NCBI GenBank assembly: GCA_964492185.1
Contig: CAZBJH010000004.1
Location: forward strand, 1-58,939
Direction: 5' to 3'
DNA from: an uncultured Bacteroidales bacterium
Lineage (GTDB): Bacteria; Bacteroidota; Bacteroidia; Bacteroidales; UBA10428
Length of the DNA: 58,939 bases
Positions within the stretch are counted from its first letter, which is position 1. Each line of letters opens with the position of its first letter. Of this stretch, positions 1-10,273 are shown one piece after another. The position numbers and the translations under genes are program-made. A model generated the notes under the pieces. That model was given only the letters and a program-made list of their open reading frames with translations. It had not been told where the DNA came from and did no database searches.

Positions 1-180
1 AAGTGAGCTCTTTAACTTACTTTTTTAAGTGAGTTAAAGAACTTATTTAAAAGTGAGCTCTTGAACACCTTTAAAAATAATTAACGTTGTGAAAAAAAAT
101 TTTAAACCGCGGTATACTAATGTATTCGGGGATTTAAAATTTTGGCAGCAACGCGGATACCGAACATTATTGACAGACAC
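1..180 (-). repeat. Family-A type I module (MITE-like), truncated by the window edge. It carries 3 tandem ~24-nt AAGTGAG-type units at 1-73 and ends ...GGATACCGAACATTATTGACAGACAC followed by TA.
   Basis: Alignable by eye to 13577-13794, 30392-30585, 36669-36910 (opposite orientation) and 47967-48141 (same orientation). Strand '+' is defined as reading 5'-GTGTCTGTCCATAATGTCCGATATC. Confidence 0.85.
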
Positions 181-207
181 TAATTAGTGTCTGTCAATGA
201 ACTCGCA
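161..207. repeat. Back-to-back family-A termini forming a palindrome: TTGACAGACAC-TA-AT-TA-GTGTCTGTCAA, with 14-bp perfect arms at 170-197.
   Basis: The perfect inverted repeat is read directly. The same architecture recurs at 46582-46625 and 30571-30607. Confidence 0.85.
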
Positions 208-330
208 GTGTCTGTTCATAAAGTTTCATTTGCAAGGCTTGCGCAGTCCGAAAATGCGGAGTTTACTAGTCGTAAATGAGCAATTTTCGGGCAAGCGTAA
301 CGCGGCAAATGGGACTTTATGGACAGACAC
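187..330 (+). repeat. Family-A unit made of a truncated type III stub (187-207) plus the type II 123-nt long-hairpin module (208-330). TA flanks it on both sides (185-186 and 331-332).
   Basis: The outer 26-bp stem pairs 208-233 with 305-330 (23 Watson-Crick pairs plus 3 G:T). Homologous copies are at 20642-20764, 30633-30756 and 52332-52454 (reverse). Confidence 0.85.
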
Positions 331-333
331 TAA

Positions 334-1593
334 TTAGTGTGTTACTTCCTTCCCGGTGATTATCCTGTTCAACACATTTTCGATCGTACGAAATTTAAGT
401 TGAATTTCTTCACTTTCTTTCCCGGGAACAGAATCAGAAGTAATACCTGCCCCGGAATACAAAACAGTCGAACCGCCGACAATCTTCATGCAACGAAGGT
501 TAACAAACAATTCAACAGGGTTTTCAATGTTTACCGGTCCAAGATAACCGGCATAAAACTCACGTGAAAACTTTTCATGCCTGGTAATAAATTCATAAGC
601 AGGCTTAACTGGTATACCACAAATAGCAGGTGTGGGGTGTATGCGATTGAGAAGTTCGGCACATTTGGGCAGGTCATTTTTATTTACACTCGCGGTAAAC
701 CCGGAACTCAAATGCATTATATTACCTGCAACAGCCGTTTGCGGGGGAGATACGGTATAATTCTCCAGGCCCGACTGTTGAAAAGCATCTTCAATATAAC
801 AAGTAACAAACTCCTGTTCCGTATATTCCTTATTTGTCCATTTTTCTTCACTACCATTTGACCGGTAACGCTTCGTGCCGGCCAGAGCAACTGTTTTTAA
901 TGTGTTTTTATTAAGAGTAACCAGAAGTTCGGGGCTGCTCCCTGTCCATGTACCAATGCCCGGCAAGGATACCATGGATACAAAAGCATTTTTATATTCT
1001 CCGGCCATACTCAGGAACATCTCCACAATATCAAATGCTGCCGGTAAACTGATCTCTTTCCTGGCAGCCAGTACAACTTTATCAAAATCACCCGACCTGA
1101 TATGTTTCAGGGCCTTCCCCACAACTGATCCGTATTTTCCCAGCTCACCTTTAGGTGGTGTCTTAATACAGCTTTTGTAAAATGAGGGAACAAAATCTTG
1201 ATTCTCCTGTTGATTCTCCTGCAAATCTCCCTGCAATTGTGAATAAATATCATCTGTGCCGGGATCATCCTGGAATAACCTTCCTTCACCTTCATCATAA
1301 CGTATTCCGGAACGGATAAAAACAGAGCCTGAATTTGTGAAATTTTCAAACGGACTGAAAAGAAATCCGGGTGACGATTTTTGGAACCGAAAGCTAAAAT
1401 TATTCTCTGAGGAGGAACCTAAAATGGCACTAACTGTCCTTTTGCCAGGGCGGCGATAGAAAACAACAGGCATACTGCCTTTATATCCCGTATGCAAAAA
1501 TGTCTTAAGTATAACTTTTTTTTCAATATGATCAACCTTAATCATTCCCATTTTCTTATTCCTCTCCCCAATTAGAGTCTGGCCCACAAACAA
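334..1593 (-). CDS. menF: Isochorismate synthase (chorismate-binding enzyme); the start codon is uncertain.
   Basis: Contains chorismate-binding C-terminal motifs (GTWTGSSPELLV, FVNLRCMKI, GAGITSDSVPGKESEE) and is the last gene of a men cluster. Confidence 0.75.
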   Translation of the reverse strand: MFVGQTLIGERNKKMGMIKVDHIEKKVILKTFLHTGYKGSMPVVFYRRPGKRTVSAILGSSSENNFSFRFQKSSPGFLFSPFENFTNSGSVFIRSGIRYDEGEGRLFQDDPGTDDIYSQLQGDLQENQQENQDFVPSFYKSCIKTPPKGELGKYGSVVGKALKHIRSGDFDKVVLAARKEISLPAAFDIVEMFLSMAGEYKNAFVSMVSLPGIGTWTGSSPELLVTLNKNTLKTVALAGTKRYRSNGSEEKWTNKEYTEQEFVTCYIEDAFQQSGLENYTVSPPQTAVAGNIMHLSSGFTASVNKNDLPKCAELLNRIHPTPAICGIPVKPAYEFITRHEKFSREFYAGYLGPVNIENPVELFVNLRCMKIVGGSTVLYSGAGITSDSVPGKESEEIQLKFRTIENVLNRIITGKEVTH

Positions 1594-1605
1594 AACTAAA
1601 ATAAA

Positions 1606-2727
1606 TCAAAAATCATGAAGATAAAAAACGTTTCCCGTTTTATCCGGATACCATTGCCGGGGCCGTTTAATTTTGCCACTTAATGTTCTCTCCAGATATG
1701 GTACAACATTTATTATTCCGGGTTGTTCAAGCTTTTCGAGCTGCATCCTGATAATATTGCATACCCTTGTCTTATCAATATCATCATAATTTTCATTTTC
1801 AATGATTAGTGCCGGTTTCTCCCCCAGCTTTTCATCGGGCACCCGGGATATGAGGAATGGAAAACTTAAGTGTTTTGATAACTTTTTCTCAACCTGCTCC
1901 GGTATTATCTTGACGCCTCCCGAATTAATAACATTATCAATCCTGCCTAACCATAAAAAACGGTTAGCTTTTATAGTAACCAGGTCATTTGTAACTACCT
2001 CTTTATTAGTGCTTATAAAACAGACCGACAAACATCCCCTTTGATCGGTGTCGATTTTTATACCTTCAAGAACTTCAAACCAGTATGATCGTCCCGGGCC
2101 ATTTAACGGACGAACTGCAATATGTGAACTGGTTTCGGTCATGCCAAACGTTTCCACCACTCTGCATGTAAGTCCGGAGATCTTTTGAAACATTGAATCC
2201 GTTATTTTTGCACCCCCGACAATAATTGTCCCGGCCATATTTTTATCTGTAAGTGAAGATAATGCATTCCCGAGTTGAAAAGGGGTAAGGGCTGCAAAAT
2301 CTATAAAAGAATCCAGCTCCACGAAGGGATCTCCCGAAGGTTTAACTGTTATAAGGTTCAATCCTGATACGAATGCCCTGACGATCATCATCTTCCCTGC
2401 TATGAACTTTACCGGTAAGCATAACAATGCCTTCTGGCCGGGACGAAGCTGAAAATACCTTTGGGTTCTGAGCGCCGATTCTGCCAGTTCGTGTTTGAAA
2501 ATACCTACCTCTTTGGGCTTTCCGGTAGTACCTGAGGATTTAACTCTTATCTGATCATCATTTGATAACAATTCTTCAATAAAAAACCAGATATCCTTTT
2601 CCCAGGATTCCTTATGGTTATCAGCACGGGTTAAACGGCAGGCCTCCAACAGTTCACGTTTGTCGTATCTTTTGTCATTAATGGTAACGCATTTAAATAT
2701 TTCTTCTATACTGGCCTTATCTTCCAT
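1606..2727 (-). CDS. menE: O-succinylbenzoate-CoA ligase (AMP-binding family).
   Basis: Contains the SSGTTGKPK AMP-binding motif, and the ~370-aa size and men-cluster context fit. Confidence 0.8.
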   Translation of the reverse strand: MEDKASIEEIFKCVTINDKRYDKRELLEACRLTRADNHKESWEKDIWFFIEELLSNDDQIRVKSSGTTGKPKEVGIFKHELAESALRTQRYFQLRPGQKALLCLPVKFIAGKMMIVRAFVSGLNLITVKPSGDPFVELDSFIDFAALTPFQLGNALSSLTDKNMAGTIIVGGAKITDSMFQKISGLTCRVVETFGMTETSSHIAVRPLNGPGRSYWFEVLEGIKIDTDQRGCLSVCFISTNKEVVTNDLVTIKANRFLWLGRIDNVINSGGVKIIPEQVEKKLSKHLSFPFLISRVPDEKLGEKPALIIENENYDDIDKTRVCNIIRMQLEKLEQPGIINVVPYLERTLSGKIKRPRQWYPDKTGNVFYLHDF

Positions 2728-2769
2728 ATTACAGGTACTTGCATAAATTTCATCCTTTCATTCCACACT

Positions 2770-3807
2770 CTATTCTCCCCATTCGCCATGAGGATCATAA
2801 AACAATTCATCTCCCCTGAGATAAAGCGGTGATTTGATATTATTTTCGTATATCTGACCGGTTCCCAATCCATGTATTTTTGTATGATCATGCTTATATG
2901 TCCATTGTGCAATGGCATTCAATCCGATATTTGATTCAAGAGCCGAAGTAATCCACCACCCGGTTCCCAGCTGTCCGGCAATATCCATCCATTCTTCCGT
3001 TCTACTGAATCCTCCCAGCAGTCCCGGTTTCAAAATGATATAATGCGGTTTAATCTCATTAAGCAATTGCCTTTTCTCCTCAATACTAAAATTGCCGATC
3101 AACTCTTCATCAAGTGCAATGGGAATGGGAGAATTTCTGCATAATTCATTCATTAATGCATAATTCCCGGCGGCAATGGGCTGTTCAATGGAATGAATAT
3201 TATACGGGGATAACTTTTCCAGGAAAGCCATTGCTTTATCAGGAGGAAATGCACCATTGGCATCCAGCCTTATTTGTACAATGTTTTCATTGTGCTTTTC
3301 CCTGACCGACCTGATAATTTGGAGTTCCTCATCAAAATCAACCGCCCCTACCTTAATTTTTATGCACCGGTACCCGGCTTCAAGCTTTTCCCGGACCTGC
3401 TTTTTCATGAAATCAATATCCCCCATCCATATTAATCCGTTTATCCTTATTCCTTCACCGCCACCGGTAAACCCTGAAGGGAACAATACCCGCGAGCCTC
3501 CGGAAGAATAGTCTTTTAAAGCTGTCTCAAGACCAAACCTAATGGAAGGGTAGTCATTCAACTCATCCATGTCAATTTGCCCGTGTTTTAAGCGATTTAG
3601 GGTACCCGTGAGTTTTATTTCAAAGCCGGACTGATCATCAATGCTCAAACCCGGAATGGGTGAACACTCGCCGATACCACAGGGTGAGGAAACAAGGTCA
3701 TCTCCTACCCTGATAATCCAGGAATCCTTTTGCAGCAAACTGCCACGTGATGTAACAGCCGGGCTTTTAAAATACAAGGTATATTTTCGAAAACCGGCAT
3801 CAGGCAT
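2770..3807 (-). CDS. menC: o-Succinylbenzoate synthase (enolase superfamily).
   Basis: Contains the KIKVG and RLDANGAF motifs typical of the MR/MLE enolase superfamily. It overlaps menA by 8 nt. Confidence 0.75.
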   Translation of the reverse strand: MPDAGFRKYTLYFKSPAVTSRGSLLQKDSWIIRVGDDLVSSPCGIGECSPIPGLSIDDQSGFEIKLTGTLNRLKHGQIDMDELNDYPSIRFGLETALKDYSSGGSRVLFPSGFTGGGEGIRINGLIWMGDIDFMKKQVREKLEAGYRCIKIKVGAVDFDEELQIIRSVREKHNENIVQIRLDANGAFPPDKAMAFLEKLSPYNIHSIEQPIAAGNYALMNELCRNSPIPIALDEELIGNFSIEEKRQLLNEIKPHYIILKPGLLGGFSRTEEWMDIAGQLGTGWWITSALESNIGLNAIAQWTYKHDHTKIHGLGTGQIYENNIKSPLYLRGDELFYDPHGEWGE

Positions 3808-4717
3808 AAATGGAAAGTATTAACCCCAGTCCAAGTGTAACTGAAAAAAATAATGTGCTTATTGAAAGTCTTTTAAGATAAGGATCCAGCAATTTAGGCT
3901 CTTTAATCCGTACAACATTATTCAGATTAATAACAAAGAAAGGAATAGTGACAAGGAACAGTAACTGAATAAATGAGAAATAATTACGGAATAAAAATAT
4001 CCCTGTCAGTGCAATTGCTACTGTGATAAGTGTAACCTGGTAGATCTTGGCAGGCACTTCACCTATTCTTACCACAAGGGTTTTTTTCCCGGCCTTTTTA
4101 TCCGAAACACGGTCGCGAAGATTATTAATATTCAACACACCCACACTTAGGAATCCCAGGCTTGCAGCCGGTAAAAAAACATCAAAATCAAGGAAGTTCG
4201 TATGAAGAAAAAATGTTCCTGCCACATTTACAAGTCCAAACCACAAAAAAACAAAAAGGTCGCCCAGCCCTATATAACCATAGGAATTGCTGCCGACTGT
4301 ATATTTAACAGCCGATAATATCGCCCCGATACCCAGCATGACAAACAACAATGCATATGAAATTCCTGCTTCTTTAGTACCGGTTATGATAAGTAATAAT
4401 CCTGATAAGAAAGAAACGGATATCAGGATACCAATTGCGGTTTTCATGCTTTTTACCGATAAAACTCCGCTTTGTGTTGCCCTCACCGGACCTATCCTTT
4501 CCTCACCATCCGTTCCTTTCATACCGTCGCCATAATCATTGGCCACATTTGACAGAAGCTGAAGGCTCACAGCTGTAATTGTGGCAAGAATAAAAATACT
4601 CCAGTTAAAGTATTCATAATAAGCTGCCAGGAAACTTCCCAAAAGTGTTCCTGAAAGAGCCAGGGGCAGAGTTCGCGGGCGCATCACCTCGATCCATATT
4701 TTGGCTTTTCTTATCAT
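3800..4717 (-). CDS. menA: 1,4-dihydroxy-2-naphthoate polyprenyltransferase (UbiA family).
   Basis: A polytopic membrane protein with the NDYGDGMKGTD (NDxxD) UbiA motif. Confidence 0.85.
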   Translation of the reverse strand: MIRKAKIWIEVMRPRTLPLALSGTLLGSFLAAYYEYFNWSIFILATITAVSLQLLSNVANDYGDGMKGTDGEERIGPVRATQSGVLSVKSMKTAIGILISVSFLSGLLLIITGTKEAGISYALLFVMLGIGAILSAVKYTVGSNSYGYIGLGDLFVFLWFGLVNVAGTFFLHTNFLDFDVFLPAASLGFLSVGVLNINNLRDRVSDKKAGKKTLVVRIGEVPAKIYQVTLITVAIALTGIFLFRNYFSFIQLLFLVTIPFFVINLNNVVRIKEPKLLDPYLKRLSISTLFFSVTLGLGLILSIYA

Positions 4718-4726
4718 AACGATTTT

Positions 4727-5551
4727 TTAGGGCAAATTGGTAAATTTGTTAAAATCCGGATCACGTTTTTCCAGGAAGGCATTTTTCCCTTCCTGTGCTT
4801 CTTCGGTCATGTAATACAACATAGTAGCATTACCGGCAAACTCTTGCAAGCCGGCTTGTCCGTCAAGCTCCGCGTTAAGTCCCGTTTTAATCATTCGAAG
4901 TGCGACGGGACTGTGTTTCATTATTTTTTTACACCATTCTATTGTTGTTTCTTCCAATTTATTCAAAGAAACAACCTTATTCACCAAACCCATCTCCATA
5001 GCTTCATGTGCCGAATATTGTTCACAAAGAAACCAAATCTCACGTGCCTTTTTTTGTCCTACGATACGGGCCAGGTAAGAAGATCCGAATCCGGCATCGA
5101 AGCTGCCTACCCTGGGGCCTGTCTGACCGAAAACAGCATTTTCCGATGCTATCGTAAGGTCACAAATAACATGAAGTACATGCCCCCCGCCAATAGCATA
5201 GCCATTAACCATGGCGATAACAGGTTTTGGAATGGACCGGATCTGCCGCTGAAAATCCAGGATATTCAGCCTGGGCACTCCATCTTTTCCAATATATCCG
5301 GCGTATGACTTAACATTCTGATCACCGCCACTGCAAAAAGCTTTATCACCTGCCCCGGTTAATACCACAACACGTATTCTTTGATCATCCCGGCAATGCT
5401 CCATAGCCCCGATCAGCTCCCCGGTGGTATCCGGCGTAAACGCGTTGCGGTAACGCGGGCGGTTTATCGTGATTTTAGCTATACCCTCGTGAAATTCAAA
5501 AAGAATATCATTGAAATCACGTATTTTTTCCCAGGAAATATGATTACTCAT
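4727..5551 (-). CDS. menB: 1,4-dihydroxy-2-naphthoyl-CoA synthase (crotonase fold).
   Basis: The sequence ITINRP...[18 protein letters not shown] and the 274-aa length are typical of MenB. Confidence 0.9.
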   Translation of the reverse strand: MSNHISWEKIRDFNDILFEFHEGIAKITINRPRYRNAFTPDTTGELIGAMEHCRDDQRIRVVVLTGAGDKAFCSGGDQNVKSYAGYIGKDGVPRLNILDFQRQIRSIPKPVIAMVNGYAIGGGHVLHVICDLTIASENAVFGQTGPRVGSFDAGFGSSYLARIVGQKKAREIWFLCEQYSAHEAMEMGLVNKVVSLNKLEETTIEWCKKIMKHSPVALRMIKTGLNAELDGQAGLQEFAGNATMLYYMTEEAQEGKNAFLEKRDPDFNKFTNLP

Positions 5552-7238
5552 ACTGAATGTTTTTAAATAATTTATAGAGGCCTTTCAATGTTTGTGCATT
5601 TGGTGAAGAAAGGGTATCCACTTCAAGTACAACAGCTCTGTCTGATGACTGAAACAATTGATCAAGGGCTTTGTTTAAGGAATGTTCGCTATCTGCCATT
5701 AAATAAGATAGTCCCGACGCCAGGACATGTTGCCGAATTGAAAAATCCAACGGGGTTTCGAGATATTCTTCAATACCTACTGTACCATCACCGGTATCAA
5801 GGATCCTGAAAATATCTCCCCCCCGGTTATTAATTACAATAATCCTTAAATTTTCAGGCATGTTTTTTATGCCGAGTGCATTTGAATCATAGAAAAAAGA
5901 AAGGTCTCCCAATATTAAAAGTGATAAGCTGTCCCTTCCATAACAAATACCTGCTGCAGTGGAAATACAACCGTCAATCCCCGAGGTTCCGCGGTTACTG
6001 TAACAATAAACTCCCTGCTTCACGGTAAACAACTGGGCATATCTCACGGGACTGCTGTTACCCAGATGCAGATCACAGTTTCGCGGTATCCTTCTCATAA
6101 TACATTGAAAAGCTTTCAGATCACACCATGGGATACTCTGCAAATAATCCTCCTGTTCAAATTCCAGTACACTGTTCATCCTTAAAATATCCTTTTGAAA
6201 GGAACTATCCCGGTTTTTCGGCATGTATCTATGAAACAATTTTAAAAAATGAGACGGCTCCGCCTGTATCACACTGCTCAATCCCATATATGTATCTGTA
6301 GCTGAGTATTCTTTTTGAACAAGCCAAATTTGAGCGGGTTTGACCTTTCGGAGAAATTGTTTTATCATTTTTGATACTGTCACCGGTCTTATAACCACTA
6401 CCAGACCAGGGACAAAAGAAGTATCTTCAGTCGTTCCGAGGGCAAAAAACAGACGTTCAACAGCAGTAATAAATGTATCCTGTTGCATATTCGCCAGGTT
6501 CTCAGCAAGAACAACAACAGAATTATCTTCCGAAAGAACTTTAAGATTTTGATCCAACTCTTTATCATAACCTCCCATGCCACAAATGATCATCTTCTTT
6601 TTCAAAGACTTCCAGCTCTCTATCAATGAAGCAGGCAATTCGCCTGTAGAACTGTCAGGGACAATATGCTCAATTATCCTGACACTTTTGGATGGTTCCG
6701 GCAGTTCCGTGTACAAAGGCTCTCGCAAAGGTACATTTATATGGACAGGGCCGGGCAAACCCGCCAGGGAAATGTTAACAGCATCTGCAACCATCCGATT
6801 GGAGTACCACAGATCCTGTTCATTTAGGGTTTCAACCGGAAGCTGGTAATCTGATTTAACATGCCGGCCGTATATGTTTTGTTGACGAATTGTTTGGTTA
6901 TCAGACTGATCAATGATTTCAGGAGGCCGGTCCGCTGTAATAAGCAAAAGCGGTACATGTTGATAGTAAGCCTCTGCAACTGCGGGTGAGAGGTTCAATA
7001 CGGCGGTACCCGAACTGCAAACCACAGCTACCGGCTTTCCGGTACCAATGCTGATACCCATTGCAAAATACCCTGCCACGCGTTCGTCAACAACACTCAG
7101 GCATTCTATCCTGATGCTTCGTGCAAGTGCTTTGATTAACGGGGCATTTCTCGATCCGGGGCAGATCACTGCCTTTTGTATACCCTTTAAAAGGAGAATC
7201 TCAGCAAGATCACTTATTCCCTGACGATAATGTGGCAT
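5544..7238 (-). CDS. menD: SEPHCHC synthase (2-succinyl-5-enolpyruvyl-6-hydroxy-3-cyclohexene-1-carboxylate synthase), a ThDP-dependent enzyme.
   Basis: Contains the ThDP-binding motif [14 protein letters not shown]...NNRGG. It is 564 aa and overlaps menB by 8 nt. Confidence 0.88.
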   Translation of the reverse strand: MPHYRQGISDLAEILLLKGIQKAVICPGSRNAPLIKALARSIRIECLSVVDERVAGYFAMGISIGTGKPVAVVCSSGTAVLNLSPAVAEAYYQHVPLLLITADRPPEIIDQSDNQTIRQQNIYGRHVKSDYQLPVETLNEQDLWYSNRMVADAVNISLAGLPGPVHINVPLREPLYTELPEPSKSVRIIEHIVPDSSTGELPASLIESWKSLKKKMIICGMGGYDKELDQNLKVLSEDNSVVVLAENLANMQQDTFITAVERLFFALGTTEDTSFVPGLVVVIRPVTVSKMIKQFLRKVKPAQIWLVQKEYSATDTYMGLSSVIQAEPSHFLKLFHRYMPKNRDSSFQKDILRMNSVLEFEQEDYLQSIPWCDLKAFQCIMRRIPRNCDLHLGNSSPVRYAQLFTVKQGVYCYSNRGTSGIDGCISTAAGICYGRDSLSLLILGDLSFFYDSNALGIKNMPENLRIIVINNRGGDIFRILDTGDGTVGIEEYLETPLDFSIRQHVLASGLSYLMADSEHSLNKALDQLFQSSDRAVVLEVDTLSSPNAQTLKGLYKLFKNIQYE

Positions 7239-7263
7239 AACGACAGTGGTATTTATCTTAGGG

Positions 7264-7674
7264 TTATACTTTTTTTCGTTTAATTACATTGGTTACAAGG
7301 CAGGAACTTAATAATTTCTGCTTATCGTCATATATTTTCACTTCCCAGCAGTGAGTTGTATCTCCCCAATGTGTATTTACAGCTATACCGTCTACTATTC
7401 CGTCTGTCGCGGTCTTCTGATGCTGACCGGATACGCCGGCACCGAAAACCAGGTAATCATCATTGTTGAGAAGAACATATGAGCCAACGCTTGCCAGAGT
7501 CTCCGCGAATGCCAGAGTAGCTCCCCCGTGCAAATATCCCATTGGTTGCCGCGTGCGGCTGTCAACAGGCATAGTTGCTTTTATCCCTTCCTTGGTAATT
7601 TCAGTAAAACGGATACCCAGATGAGAGATCATTGTATTTTCACAGAGTTTGTTTATCCTGTCAACTTCAATCAT
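7264..7674 (-). CDS. PaaI/YbdB-type hotdog-fold thioesterase, a likely DHNA-CoA thioesterase.
   Basis: The YLHGGATLAFAETLAS motif and 136-aa size fit this family, and it is the first gene of the men operon. Confidence 0.7.
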   Translation of the reverse strand: MIEVDRINKLCENTMISHLGIRFTEITKEGIKATMPVDSRTRQPMGYLHGGATLAFAETLASVGSYVLLNNDDYLVFGAGVSGQHQKTATDGIVDGIAVNTHWGDTTHCWEVKIYDDKQKLLSSCLVTNVIKRKKV

Positions 7675-7731
7675 AACACGTTTTGTATAGGGGGGTACAT
7701 CACAACAAATTTAAGTTATTTTAATGACCCG

Positions 7732-9729
7732 TCAATTTTGTTCGGGGTAAATATACAGGAGATTAAAACTGCAATATCGCTTAGAAAGTTTATTTACCAT
7801 TTTGTCATAATTCTTATCATAAGATATAGATCCCTTTCTTGAATTCACAAAAACGAGCAGGTCATTTTGTCCCGGCTTTATCATAACACTTTCAGGATTT
7901 TGATGATCAAGTATATGCGTTTTACCAATATATTTCTTCCCCGTGCCCGAGACTACGGCTTTAATACTCATGAGAGTTTGTTCATTTGCCAGAATAGTGG
8001 CTTTACACTTGAATTGTTGTGTCAACAATATTATTTTATCCACCCATCTGACAAAGCCAGTCTCGTGCTGTGCAAATTCGGGAGCAAACAAATACAGGTT
8101 TTGCATATTATGCAATGATGATGTAGGGGTTTTAACCACAAAGATCATCTTATCGGTTTTTTTCAGCAATTTCTTCAATATGGTACCAAATAAAACTTCT
8201 ATCGTGGTAGATTTTTCATTCCACCCGATCACCATCACTGAGGACATCAGCTCTTTAGAAGCACGGGAGATACCGTTGGTCACCGTTGTATCCAGCCTTG
8301 ATGCAATTTCAAATTTCGTGTCAGAATGAAGCATGTCAACAGCCTTTTGGATCCTTTCTTTACTTTTGCCGATATCCTTTTGTGACTGATCTTTTCCTGT
8401 AAACACCGAAAGCGGATAAATGGGAACATTATTGTCCGCATTTTTCACCAGTAATGAAAAATCAAGCAGATTACTGATATTATCAGGATTGGCCACCGGA
8501 ACGAGGATAACCTCTTTATCCTCTTTCTTCATGGTCTGGTTTTTTTCCGATACAACGATCTCCCTGGCCGAATTCTGGGTAAAATAAGAACTAATAATAC
8601 TGGTCACCAGTATCAGAATAACAGTATGATTGATCATGATCTCATCGAGAACACCCAGGTTAAATCCTATTAGAATTATTGCAATTGCCGAAGCAGCACG
8701 CGATACGCTCAAACCAAAAATAAGATTGTTTTCCACACCTGAGAACTTGAAGGTAAGTGATGAGATCTTCACGGCAAGGTATTTACCTGCAAGGGCAGTA
8801 ATAATTAAGGCCACCAGGGTAATTATTAAATACGGATCTGCAAAATACACGGCGAAATTGGCAAGTATCCCCACTGAGATCAAAAATATGGGAATAAATA
8901 GGGAATTACCTATGAACTCAATCCTCTTAAACAGTGCAGACGACCTGATAACAAATTTATTCAGAATAATACCGCAGAAAAACGCCCCTATTATAGGCTC
9001 AATATCTAATAATTCAGCGACTACTGTACATAAGAACAAGACAGCCAATACAAAAATATACTGCATATTAAGGTCACCATCATAATAATTAAAGAACCAC
9101 CTGGTAATCTTTGGTATGATTAAAAATATAAACCCAAAGAGCAATAGAAAATTGATTATCAACTGTAACAAATGATTTATATGAAAGTAAGACCCGCCCA
9201 CCTCGGTAATAACCTCCATGGACATCAGTGCCAGCACGTCGGCAATTATAGTGCCACCGATAAGAATGGTTATTATAGGCCACGTCACTATACCCATCCT
9301 GCTGATGATAGGATAAGATATAAGGGTATGTGAAGAAAGCATCGATGAGATCAACAATGAGGCAATAATGCCAAATCCCAGAATATAAAAGCAAATCACA
9401 TAACCCAAAAGGAAAGGTAATGTAAAAGATACCACACCGAAAAATATGCTTTTCTTTTTATTCCCAATAAAATCAATCAGGTCAATCTCCAGGCCGGCTA
9501 AAAACATCAGATATTGTAAACCAATTGTACCCAAAATGGAGAATTCGAGGTCAGGCGAAAGAAGATTAAACCCATTAGGGCCAATAAGCGCCCCACTGAT
9601 CAGTAATCCGACAATGGCAGGAATACGCAAACGCTCAAATACCATTGGCGCGATCAATAGAATGAGGAATATAAGAGCAATTATAAAAAGTGGCCCTTCA
9701 AAAGGAACTGATATATTTAAATTATGCAA
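7732..9729 (-). CDS. Cation:proton antiporter (Na+/H+ exchanger/Kef-like) with a ~250-aa soluble C-terminal domain.
   Basis: The first ~400 aa contain about 12 hydrophobic helices typical of CPA antiporters. The C-terminal soluble half is USP-like by inference. Confidence 0.7.
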   Translation of the reverse strand: MHNLNISVPFEGPLFIIALIFLILLIAPMVFERLRIPAIVGLLISGALIGPNGFNLLSPDLEFSILGTIGLQYLMFLAGLEIDLIDFIGNKKKSIFFGVVSFTLPFLLGYVICFYILGFGIIASLLISSMLSSHTLISYPIISRMGIVTWPIITILIGGTIIADVLALMSMEVITEVGGSYFHINHLLQLIINFLLLFGFIFLIIPKITRWFFNYYDGDLNMQYIFVLAVLFLCTVVAELLDIEPIIGAFFCGIILNKFVIRSSALFKRIEFIGNSLFIPIFLISVGILANFAVYFADPYLIITLVALIITALAGKYLAVKISSLTFKFSGVENNLIFGLSVSRAASAIAIILIGFNLGVLDEIMINHTVILILVTSIISSYFTQNSAREIVVSEKNQTMKKEDKEVILVPVANPDNISNLLDFSLLVKNADNNVPIYPLSVFTGKDQSQKDIGKSKERIQKAVDMLHSDTKFEIASRLDTTVTNGISRASKELMSSVMVIGWNEKSTTIEVLFGTILKKLLKKTDKMIFVVKTPTSSLHNMQNLYLFAPEFAQHETGFVRWVDKIILLTQQFKCKATILANEQTLMSIKAVVSGTGKKYIGKTHILDHQNPESVMIKPGQNDLLVFVNSRKGSISYDKNYDKMVNKLSKRYCSFNLLYIYPEQN

Positions 9730-9929
9730 ATTGTAAATAATTATTTGACCTTTATAATATTATTACGACAGATTATAATGCTTTTATTACGAATTGTTTG
9801 TTACCATCTGCTAATCTGCCTTATTGCAAAAATACGAATACTTAATGAATACAAAGGCATTGATTCAGGATTATAAAAATAAAACCAGATCATCATAATC
9901 TCCCTAATCACCTTTCATTCTATTATTTA

Positions 9930-9996
9930 GGGCCTGTTGAAAAAACCCGTAGTACATCATATACAAGGCGGCAAAGCGAAGGTGTATTATAATTAC
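9930..9996 (-). repeat. Family-B repeat fragment, TA-flanked on the left (9928-9929).
   Basis: GGGCCTGTTGAAAAAACCCGTAGTACATCATATACAAGGCGGCAAAGCGAAGGTGTATTATAATTAC aligns with the reverse complement of 58862-58928. Confidence 0.7.
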
Positions 9997-10240
9997 AACT
10001 CACAAAAGCTACTATTACCACTTAAAAATTCCGTGAAACTTCACCCCTTATTTGAAAGTTTCATCCCTCATTTCACATTTCCACCACAGATATTTTTTTA
10101 GCATACCAAAAAATTGATAAATACGCTGGATTGGTTTTATATTAGCAGTGTTATTATTCATACTAAAACAAACCACATTTGACAAATTACACTGTGGTAG
10201 TTATAAAACAGTTTACCCGACTAATAATTCCATAAAGTTC

Positions 10241-10273
10241 AAAAACCCCGGTATAACTTATGCCGGGTTTTTT
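10241..10273 (+). terminator. Orphan Rho-independent-type hairpin (AAAAACCCCGG ... CCGGGTTTTTT) in a 790-nt non-coding spacer.
   Basis: The GC stem is flanked by an A-run and a T-run, so it could act on either strand. There is no annotated gene upstream on either strand. Confidence 0.4.

Noticed and set aside
1-73. The tandem ~24-nt AAGTGAG repeats could be mistaken for a CRISPR array.
   Set aside because: The units are directly adjacent, degenerate and have no unique spacers. They are an internal part of a dispersed repeat module, and no cas genes are present.
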